33,488 nucleotides of DNA, taken from Choristocarpus tenellus KU-1152. Taxonomy: Eukaryota > Protista > Phaeophyceae. This document shows positions 12,001 to 24,000 of this stretch, one piece after another (position 1 is the stretch's first letter; the number at the start of each line of letters is the position of its first letter). Made by a program: the position numbers and the translations under genes. The notes beneath the pieces were generated by a model. That model was given only the letters and a program-made list of their open reading frames with translations. It was not told the DNA's origin and searched no databases. Location: assembly GCA_964200185.2 (NCBI GenBank), contig CAXNAD020000062.1, positions 1 through 33,488 on the forward strand, in the 5' to 3' direction.

Positions 12001-15000
12001 TTCACCAAGGGAGTAGAAACATTGCCAAAGGAACAGGACCATGTGATGTGATCTAACTCATTGAAGAACTCTCTAGCCCCCGAGACATCAACAGCTATTG
12101 CAGTGCCACCCCTGGAATCACCGAAAGAAGGGTCTATTGAAATTGAAAATGGGACCGCTGCAGCTGGAAGATACTGAAATGTATACCCATCAGAGGTGAG
12201 GTCAATTCCGTTTGCATAAACCTCCACTGAAACACTTGAAGAGTGCAAATTTGCAGGTGAGACACACGTGATGTGGTTGGGACCATGGTAGGCTGCAGGA
12301 GATAGCTCAAGCCCAAAACGACAGGAAATGCCAGGCACAAACACAAAGTTGTTTCCAAGGACTGACACCTGCGTTCCACCAGTCGTTGAACCGCTTGGAG
12401 GGGATATGTCTATGATGTGCACCATGGGCATAATAACGTAGGGCACTCCACTGATACTATAGTCCAACCCATTCACTGTTACCTCTACAGTCACAACTCC
12501 TGGCATCTGCTTAGGAGCAATGCACCACATATCTCTCTCTGAAGACCAGCGTCCAGGAGACCTCTCACATTGTTGGTTGATTCTGCAGAACAAACAAGCC
12601 AAAGATGCCGTGTCCTGGAAATTAGTCCCGATCACTCGAATCTCTACTCCACCGTGTTCTGGTCCACTATCTGGGATGAGTGATGTAACAGTAGGGGTGG
12701 GTCTAAAACTGAACTTCATATCCTCTTCACCAGTATTATCCATTGCTATTCCTTCAACAGTGATGTCAACGGTGACACCTTCTTCTGGCTGTGCCCAAGG
12801 TGGGGATATACAGATCACCAAAGCTGAAGATATCCACTTGGCTAGCACATACTTGACTACACGATTTCCCTGAAATTGGCATTGGAGTTTTTCTTTTTGT
12901 GAAAATCCAGAGCCTCTCACGTGGACAGTTGAATTCCCATCAATTGATCCAATATGAGGCCAAATGTTAACTGTTGTTGGGATGGAGCTTGAATAGGAAA
13001 ATTTCCCCTGCATGCCACGTGGAGCAACTATGGTGCTTCCAGTCCTGATCTGTATCCCTACTGTGACTTCACTATGCGTTTGACTCGTTATGATACACTC
13101 AACAATATTGGGACTTAGGATAGATGCAGGGACTGCAAGTGAGCCAAAGAGACACTCGAGCTGTGAAAATTGGGGAAAATGCTGCCCAAACAACCTGACA
13201 ACAGAAGTGCCCATAGTAGAACCAACACCTGGAACAACTTCAGTTACATCTGGATCCTGAAACACTCTATACTTAGAAGTCTCAGATGCATCACTATAGG
13301 TAATCCCATTATTTGATACTGTGATGTACATGTCCCCATGAAGGATATTTGGCGGAGACATGCATTGAACTTGTGTAGGTGCTATCCATGCCACTTCTAC
13401 TGCCACAGATCGACCGAAAAAGCACTTTAAATCCTTGACACCGAGGAAGAAATGCCCATAAACCGTGATCATTGACCCTCCACTTGAGAATCCTACAGAT
13501 GGAGAGATCTTGGTAATCACAGGTGTTGGATGGAAGGTGATGATGGCATCCCCCACTATGACTTTGTGGTTCCCATTCCACAGGGTTACTCTAGCTTGTC
13601 CTGGAGGATGGGCAGGGACAAGGCAGTGCACTACTGCTGAATCCAGGTGGACCTTTGCAGCCAAAACTTTCCCACCGATCTTGCAGAACAGACTCCCTAT
13701 GTCAGTCCCCATCTGCAAAGATTCTGGCTTTGCAGAAAAGATAATAGTGGTATCGCCTTTAACATCTACAACACTAGGGTGTACAAGATCAAATTTGACC
13801 AGGTCATAGTACTCAAAGGAGCCAAGGTTTACATCTTGACCAAACACTGACAGAGTCAAGTTGACATCGCCAGATATTACACCTGGAGGAGACATGCACA
13901 TCACCTCTGACTTTGAGATATGTGCTGGAGCTGACTGCTTCCTTCCAAATTGGCACATCACATTACTGTCAGACCCCCAAAAATTTGCTGAACCTGTTCC
14001 CACTATAGAAATCATTGTGCCACCTTCAAGGGGTCCAGCTTGTGGACTAATGATATGAGTAGTAGCACTATAGCCATCATCATAGTATATTTGCACACCA
14101 TTAACTGACCTATGATGTGGGCTGCTCCCAATCTGTAGCACAACCTCTCCAGGTGCATGTGGTGGCGCAAAACACAGCACCTGCACAGCAGACACTAAAA
14201 AAGCATGGGTCTGTTCTTCACCAAAAAAGCACCACAAACCTGTGCTTTGAGTAGAGTTGATGAAGTTGTTGAAGCCTGCTCCATACACCAGTACCCTCGA
14301 GCCACCTTGACTCAGCACAGTGGAAGGTGACACTTGATGTACCAATATTGGTGGGGAATATGGACGACTTTGTGATAGTGAGGGCAATAAATGACTCTCC
14401 ATCCCAGACTGAGGTGTCAATCCACTATCATCACCAACATGAGATTCATGCATGGTATAGGTGCTGTTGATATTTTTGAGTCCCATCCAATTACGACCGA
14501 TATCAAACCCTGTAGACCCAACAATAGGGGAGGGCCTTACTGCCCCATTCCCATCCTGACTGTTGGCATAAGGGAGAAAGGATGTAAAATAGAGGTGGAA
14601 CACCAACCCTGAATCCACAAAGTCCGCCATATTGTTTGATACAGAGACATCATAATCTCCAGGAGGCATAGAAGGTAGAGGGCATTTGATGACTGATGGG
14701 GATATCCACCTTGCTGTAAACACAACATTCCCAAAGCGACATGAGAGTTGACTTGATCCTTCAAAGTTTGCTCCAGTGATAGTTACAGCCAGTGAAAATG
14801 ATCTCCCCTCAGTTATACTTCCCCACAAAGGATACATTTTAATGATCTCTGGAGTTTTGTAGAACTGAAACAGCAATGCAGTACTGTGTTGTGCTGTTGA
14901 CACCTCCGGATCTTCAGCTGAAACACTAACAAAAGCTTGGCCTGTGGAGGAATGTGCAGGGGTTAAACATTCCACTGAAGAGTTGTTCAGCCACTTTGCT

Positions 15001-18000
15001 ACTACCCAACCAGCACCACTAAACTTGCAATGAAGTGGTAGTCCTGCAAGCCTTGAGTTTTGTTGGAATTGCACCACCAAAGAAGTTCCACCAAGAACAG
15101 AACCTCCAATAGGCCAAAGAACCAAAGCATTCACAGCTGGAACATACTGGAGTTGTACAGGCATCTTGATGATTGGGTGAGCATTTCCACTTGAGACTTT
15201 TACATCCACTTCTGTTTCAACTGTTGATCGTCCTGGTGCAATACAATTCAGTGAGTGGTAGCTTATTAGAAGAGCTGGCACATGTTGAAGGCCAAACCAG
15301 CAATACCAGCATATATCTTCTTCGAAGCCAGAACCCACAATAGTAATGGGAGTTCCACCAAGCTCACTTCCCTTTGTGGGTACCATTGATTGAATTGACA
15401 CCGCCTTGTACTGAAAGACCATACTTCCAAGTATTGCCTGAACCCCATTGAACAAAATCTGTAGACTAGCTCCATACACTTCATCATCCCATGACGGGGA
15501 TTCACACTGAATAACTCCAGCTGACACCCAAACTGCAGGAACCATAGTTGAACCAAATTGACAGGCAGGGGTGTCAGACTCCAGAAAGTGTATCCCACTG
15601 ACGGTGACCACAGTTCCTCCTGTTATTGGTCCGCTTGAGGGTGTAACATTTACCCCATCTGGATCTTGAACGTAGTGAAAGATTGCACTATCAGAGGTTG
15701 AATAATTTAGTCCATTTAATGCAATGGCCACAGGTACATGGCCCCCATTTTTGTACTGGGGAACTGTGCAACTAATCTCTGTTTCCGAAACAAACTTTGT
15801 CATCACAGCCTTGACTTCACCAATTCGACAAGTCAGTTGAGTGGTGTTCACAAAACCTGTCCCATACACAGTGATCGTAGCTCCACCTGATATACTGCCA
15901 TGAGATGGTTCAACCGAGTTCACAACAATCATGCCCACATAGTGGAATGATGTAGTGTCCAAAGAAGGAACCAGGATATCGTCAATTCTCAAAGTCACAT
16001 TAACTGTACCATGAGACACTGACCCTGGGACAGTGCATACGAGCTCTGAGGCATCAACATACCTGACTGGAACCTCGGTCTGCCCAAACCAAGCCTTAAT
16101 ATTTCCAGAAAATGAAAACCCGGTTCCAAACAAGAAAATAGGAAATCCACCAACAGTAGGACCGGACTGTGGAAACACATTGGACAATACTCCTGCCCCT
16201 GGGTGGTAGCTGAATCCTGCATCACTGTCAACAAAGTCTTGTGTATTGAAAGTGATACCGAGTGACACGTGTTGTACACTTATATGCCTGCCAGCCAAAA
16301 GAGGAGAGGTGCAAATCACTAGCTCAGGTGATACCCAGAAGCCTGGGACATGTGATCCCCCAAAGCGGCACTGCAGTTCCTCTGTATCAATAAAGTGCCC
16401 ACCATAAACACGGATTGATGTTCCACCAACAACTGGACCTATATCAGGGATAGCAGAAAGAATGAAAGATATTTCATCATACTTGAACAAGACCCCATCT
16501 TGAGTAAAGTCTACCCCATTCATTGTCACCTCCAATGGTACCAATCCTGCCACCTTTGAGCCTGGAGATGTGCATGTAACTTCTTCAGGGGATCTGTAGT
16601 GTGCAGGGACAGGCTCATAGCCATTGAACTTACACGCCAAAGATGTAGAGTTCACAAAGCCTCTACCCAATATTGTTACAAGAGTGCCTCCAGCAGCACT
16701 CCCTCTGACAGGAAGCAAGGATTCCACCCGAGGATTGTCAATGAATGTGAACACCATCTTGTCCGCCTGAATGAGTGCTTCGCCGTTCAGGCTCACAGTC
16801 AGTTGCACCTTGCCTGCAAGAGAGGGAACAGTGGTGCACTGAAGCCTCGAAGAATTAACAAATGCCACTGGCACGTTCATAGCACCAAATTCAGCACGAA
16901 GCCCATTGCTGAATGTGATTCCATTTCCATATATTTCAACAAGTGTCCCTCCAGCCCTGGAGCCTGAAGAAGGTGAAAATCCTGTGACCAACCTCTTAGC
17001 CAAATATGTAAATTGGGCATTCCCGGACGAGGTGGTCTCATCTCCAACAGCAATTTGCACTGGTACGCTCTGACCTGGCTCCCCTCCTGGTGCTTGACAC
17101 TGCACCAAGTAGGTTGACATCCATTGGGCAGGAACAGAGTAAGCACCAAATATACATGTCAGTCCCACAGCATCCTCGAAGTCCATGCCATTTACTAGTA
17201 CAGTTGTCTCCTCACTCGCAGGGCCACTCATAGGGCTGACTGATGTAATGAAGGGGGTCCTGGTGTGGGAGATATTTATGACCTCTGTGATGGGGTTGCT
17301 CCCATTCATGGTCACCATAACAGGTACATGCCCCCCAGCAATATGTGCTTGTGTGACACATTGCATGATTGTCACAGAGACATAGATAGCTTGTACTGTA
17401 ACTGTGCTTCCAAATGTGCACCAAAGGCTTGTTGTACCCTTAAAGCCAGTTCCATGCACAGTAACTCCCTTACGAACAAAAGGGCTGGTAAGAATTGGTG
17501 AAATTGCGTACACCTTTGGCTGGGTAATGAATTTGTACGTAATATTGCCACTAATTCCATAGTCCACACCATTAAAGCTCAAAGAAAGGGTAACAATACC
17601 AAGCGAGGAATGAGGGACATTGCATCTAAGCTCTGAGGGGCTAATGTATGTCACAGGGGCATCTTTGAAGCCGAATCGAGCGCGAATATCACCAGAGAAC
17701 CAAAAACCTGTCCCATAGATGGATACCAAGTTTCCCCCCTCAGCAGGACCTAATGCAGGTGACACACTTGTCACAACTGGATGCGCATAGTAGGAGAACA
17801 TGGCATAGCCTGTTGATACACGACTCCTATTGTGAGCAACCCTTAGTGGAATGCTGCTGTCTTGATCTCCAACTGGAGACAAACAATGGATTAGTGAGGA
17901 AGATATCCAATGTCCTCTAGAGTGCAAAGATCCAAACAAACACTCCAGACTGCGAGATTCCACAAAATTCACACCATGGACAAGCACAATTGTACCACCA

Positions 18001-21000
18001 ATGGAAGGACCAGTGTTAGGGCTTGCACTGAGGACTGACGATACCCCAGTGATGATGAAAGGTACCCCATCTGAGGTGAAGTCAATGCCATTTAAGGTTA
18101 CCTCAACAACAACTGAGCCAAGCATTGTAGAGGAGGGGGAAATGCACTCTACCTCTGTGTCTGATACGAAGCGGGTCAAAGCTAACCCAACATCACCAAA
18201 AGCACAGGCCAGACTGCTGCTGTTGACAAAATGCTCACCATAAACGGACACTACATTACCTCCAAGGTGGCTGCCAAAATGTGGTTCAAGGCTGCTGACT
18301 GTTGCCCTCTCCTGATACTCAAACGTGTTTTCAGTGAGGGCAGTGAACTCTTGGTCATTGTTTCCAACTGCCACTCTTACCACACCAGAAGGTCCTGGGG
18401 GAGAAATACAAAACAGTTCAGACGGGTTGATGAATGTCACTGGCACAGCTATACCTCCAAAGTATGCCATGAGCCCGCTTGAAAACGCAAACCCCTTTCC
18501 ATGTATGACAATAGGCGTTCTTCCCCAGTTTGAGCCGGAGGTAGGCATAATGCTGTCAACAGTTGGGTCAACTAGGTATCTAAAGCTCAAACCACTCGAA
18601 GTTAGCTCCATGACGCTTGAGCTAACTTCCACACTAACTGTGCCATTTCTGTTACTGGGAGGAGCTTGGCATTGAATGGAAGTTGTTGATAGCCAAAGCC
18701 CTGGAACACTCAACCGCCCAAAGTGACACTGCAATCTATCAGAGTCCACCAAATTTTTGCCAGTTAGCAGCACAGTCGTCCCACCACTGTTGAACCCACT
18801 GCTAGGGTTCAGGTCAAGTAGGTATGGTTGAGAGGTGAACCCAAAGTATGCAATATTGACAGTGGCACTCATACCAAGATATCTCTCCCCCTCACTTCCA
18901 TTATGGTGGAGACAACGAAGATCTCCATCAAGCTGGCATTTTGGTTCTATCCTGTTGGACATACGTCTGCCTTCCACAATAGGTGAAAGTGGCAAAGATG
19001 CGAAGGTCGATAAGGCCTTGAATCTAAAATTTGCATTACTAACTTCCCCAAAATCTCTGCCATTGATGCTCACGGTGACAGCAACAACTCCCCTTTGATG
19101 GGGAGGTGTCGTGCACTGGAGCTCAGACTCACTAAAGAATGTTGCAGGGACAATTGTCCCACCAAATTTAACCTTGAGGTCTCTGGAAGGCAGGAATGAC
19201 TTTCCATGTATACTCACATTCGTTCCTCCTTCGATAGGCCCCCACCAAGGAAACAACTCTGTCACTGATGGCTCATCATAGTAGGTAAATTGCTTTGATT
19301 CAGATGGAAGTACATTTCCGTGAAATAACACACCAAAAGCAACCTCATGTTGATCGCCCCTGGGAGATACGCAATGGAGGCTGGTTGATGATTGCCAATG
19401 GCCCATCACAGTTTTTGTGTCAAACAAGCACTGGAACCCATTAGAATCAGCAAAGTTAGCACCATTGACATGCACAATTGTTCCTCCTTCAACTGGACCA
19501 CTGGAAGGAGCACCAAAGAAAACAATAGGAGGATCCACAAATGTAACATGCAAGCCAGTGGATGTGAAGTCAACACCATTCATTGTAAGCTCCACCGAAG
19601 TTTTTCCAGCAATGAGCTGCTCTGGCGCTTGACACTTGATATCCACGCTTGAATGGAATACTGCTTTCAGCACATATTGATTGTCGAACCTACAAGCTAA
19701 GTCTGTGGTGTTGATAAAGCCTTTTCCAGTGATAGTAAAATAAGGTACCCAGCTCTCAGTACCTATCACACTCCATGAAGGTTCAAGTTTATCCACATCA
19801 GGAGGGTCAACATAGTCAAAAACTACTCCTGGAGCTACATGGAAATCCATCCCATTGGTGCTAATCAATACCTTGACTACACCAGCAGTACCAACAGATG
19901 GTGATATGCACTTCAACTCGGAAGTGCTAATGAAAATTGCAGGCACTCGTACTTGACCAAACTGGACCATGAGCTCAGCAGAGAAAACAAAACCTTGTCC
20001 CCTTAGTGACACTTGTGTACCGCCTGTTGTATATCCCAGTGATGGAAAGATGACGCTAACCTGGGCATCATGGAACCAAAAATTGACATAATTTGATGTG
20101 AAGTCAACACCATTTGTGGATACCTCCACCTCCACAGTGTGGTCATGATGTTCAGTTTGTGAGGGAGATGTGCATTGCACAAGCACATCAGACAGCCATC
20201 GGCCAGGCACCAATGATGACCCAAATCTGCAACCAAGCTCCTCAGAATCTATGAAATTGGTACCACTTATAAACACACTAGTGCCGCCAATGGCTGGCCC
20301 ACTCATTGGCTGAACTGAGAGGACAGCAGGCTGCAAGGTATAGCTGAACAACTTGCCGCTTGTTGAAAAATCAATGCCATTCACAGTAACTTCCACTATC
20401 ACTGGCCCAGTCACTGGTAGACCAGGAGATATGCAGGTGATGTGAGAAGGACTCGTGAACTGTGCTTTGACCTGTGTAACTGGGCCAAACTGGCATGCAA
20501 CTAACGTATTGTTCTCAAACCCCTGTCCAGAGATCAATACAGTAGTGCCTCCTGTCAGTGGTCCATGTGGTGGCTCCACATCATGGATCGCAACATCAGT
20601 GTACCTGATGTTCAAAAAAAAGAAATTGTTTTGGTTGATACCTTAATATAATGCCAATACTCCTGATTCGGAACAAGGATTCTTGTAATATTTCCAATTG
20701 TTTTGTACATTATAGTACATACTATAAAGCACAATGCAACAGAAGTCGTCATTTCGGTGACATTGCCACAAAAATGTCAGATAAGATTTAAATTTTCTCA
20801 CAATCTGAGGGATAGGGTCAATGGAGGACTTTGGCTTCAACTTCTTCTAAGTGAGTTATAACACATATACAATTCTACACAATTTTGAGCAACTACAATC
20901 ATGCATACATGCAAAACTAGACCCCAGTAACAACTGCATGTTTTGTAATTTTATTGCCAAAGATGACATGAAAGAAAGATATCTGGGCTTCAATCATACA

Positions 21001-24000
21001 AAGGATTGTTGAACATTGGATCACGTATGTGTGGAGATTGAGTAGGTGGGTACAGCATTGAAATTGTGAGTAAACCTATGTGTTCATACTTTGAACGAAG
21101 GCTACCCGCAACTGCAAGGATTTGGTATTATGAAAGATTACTATCATCACTCAGTCACTCATGATTTTATGTCTTCGCTTGACAACCAAACAGTTGATTG
21201 GATTTAGAACTAGTGATATGAACTGCTAGTCATGTAACAAATGAAGGTAATGGGGTATGCAAAATACGACCCAAATCGAAATTCATGCCTTCCATCCAGT
21301 AGTTAGACCCAACCCAGCAATATACCTGAATTTAACGCTCCCTGGATTGCAGGATGATCCATACAATGAGAAGACCCTCAAGTCAGTGTTTACAACCTCA
21401 TCTGATATCTCCAGTTCAACTCTGCTGCCCACAGTTGAGTAGTCCTTAGAGAAGAGGTAGAGCTTGTCAGGGGCATCTCTAGGCACCTCAAACATAAAGA
21501 GCCCTGCACCTTCAGGTTTAACACTATCATTCAAGGTTTCTCCATGAACTCCAGATCTTACAGAAAGATGTGTGAGTCCTTTTTCCCATGCCTTTCCTCC
21601 CTGCACATGAGTGCCACCCATTGTAGGGGATAAGGATAAGCCAAGACCAGCATTGGATTGATCAGTTTGGTCAATCCAATATCGATGTCCCCTAACCATG
21701 TTGATGATACTGCCTGACTGTGAGAGTGGCATCAAAGTGGGGTCCACGTCGTCAACATGTCCCATATCCCAGTCATTAATGGCTGAAGTGCTGTCATCTT
21801 CAAATATGGAAGAACTACTGTTTCCAAGGGCATGATTCATTGATGAAATGGAATCAGCAATTTCTCCATCAAAGAGATGATGATACACAGGCATTATTTG
21901 TTGATTGATAACTTCCCCTCCCCATTCCTGCTTAACAATAATCTTCAATGAGTTGTCCCTCAATGGAGGGACCCGAGGTGGCACCTGGCACTCAGCAGAA
22001 GAAGAATTGAAAAATTTAGCAGATACCACTAGTCCACCAAAGGAGCATGCCATGCTCTTGTTGTAGAAATGAGAACCAGCAATGGTGACAATAGTCCCAC
22101 CTTCCTTGGGGCCAAACAACGGATAAACTCTCTGAACCACCATTGGCTGAGTGAAGTTGAACCACAGAAACGGCAGGGGTGATATCAGTCCACTGGTGCT
22201 ATTACCCAAAATAATACTACTATTCATACTAGTACTAATGCTAGTATTAATAGTGTTGATGCCAAAGGACCCACTAATCAAACTAACAACAACCATCTGG
22301 TCTTGTGTAAGAATTGGCCACGCTGGGGTCTTACACTGTACCTCACCAGCTCCTCGCCATGTCACAGGCGAGTATACTGCAGAATTGCCCTGGCCAAACA
22401 TGCAGGACAGGTCCTCTGACGGTACAATGTGTTTCCCCAAAATCTTGATGGTTGTACCCCCACATGATGGTCCTATCATGGGGGTAAGTGACAGTAACTG
22501 TGGAGGATACTCCACAAACAACTGGACTGCATTGCTCCAGAAGTCAATTCCATTTGTTACCCTGATTAGAACAAAGAAGCCACTCTCACTCCCCTCACCC
22601 TGAGGTCTAGGTAGTTGTCGTGGTGAAACACAGAATATTTTTTCTGCATGGACCACTGTGGCTGGGATGAGCTCCTCTGCACCAAACTGAACAAACAAAG
22701 TTGACATTGATGTCGAATGTCCAAGATAATAGTCAAAACCTTCCCCAAGAATGGTTAGGACACTGCCACCATCAATGCTCATCTGCGGAGGCTGAATAGA
22801 ATGTATTGATATAGTTTGTGCTCGTAGTCCAGTATCTCCAGTCATTTGGTGTGAGAGGGATATCTCAAAGACCGAAGACTCTTCCCCCCTGGTTTCCTCA
22901 TCCAGAATGTTAACCTGGAACACAAAAAATGTATGATAACAAGATAAGATGTAAGATAACAATGATAAGATTTATGATAACAATAATAAGATTTATGATA
23001 ACAATGATAAGATGTATGATAACAATGATAAGATTTATGATAATAAGATAAAATGTATGATAACAATGATAAGATGTATGATAACAAGATAAAATGTATG
23101 ATAACAAGATAAGATGTATGATAATAAGATAAAATGTATGATAACAATGATAAGATGTATGATAACAAGATAAAATGTACGATAACAAGATGACACTACG
23201 ATTGCAACAAAAGCCTTTGCAAAGATGATCATCGTAGGAATATATTAAGCTTCTGTGCAATCTTGCAAAATGACAAGGGTGGCCCCCACATTGCGCCCCC
23301 TCCGACCATGAAACATGGAAACATTCAGTAAAGACATAGACCAACAGTTAAAAGGAGTCCGGTTCAGAATTCAAAGATTCGCATCAATCAGTGGAGGTAA
23401 CAAAGCCCTAATTATTTATTTACTGCTATTTGAGGGAGCAAGTCAGTCCAACTAGCACGAACTCAAGGTACTCCAAAATTGGAAGACCAAGATATTCTTA
23501 TTTTAAATGACAACAGGTTGTCAAAAATTCACACAATAACAAAAATAGGACAACTAATTTTGATGGTAACATATCCTTTGATAAGTGGCAGAATGTGCAC
23601 TAGTCATGTTAATCATTGATGTTCAAATATGGCTGACAAAGTGTTTACAAGTTATGCAATTACTATGCTCCTCTGGCGTACAATGATATACAATGGAGTA
23701 TCAAACTGCAAACTGCAGCTACTACAAACCTAAAGATTTACTGAGATGGACGCGCTTCTTTACTTCATACAGTGATCTATCTCTCTAAGGAAGAGGAGAA
23801 GGAGAGCAATGTGTGGATACAAAGTACTATTAATATTAATTTTTATAATAAACCATTCCAATGTGAAGAAATAGCAACCATCAAACCAACCCCCAAAATG
23901 AACATTGTATTGATTTTCTGCCCAGATGACCCCTACACATGTCCTTCTGTGCCTATACGTGGTAGTACACAGTCTGTGCACTCTGAACAAATATATGTGC

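Noticed and set aside
2071-22603. Numerous plus-strand ORFs of 60-180 aa overlapping the big exons
   Set aside because: They are antisense shadows of the minus-strand CDS with no independent motifs or splice structure.
22929-23191. Repeat array resembling a CRISPR
   Set aside because: The units are contiguous with no unique spacers, the context is a eukaryotic intron, and there are no cas genes.
22842-23344. Low-complexity ORFs (SYHCYH..., IIHLII...)
   Set aside because: They are translations of the intronic minisatellite.
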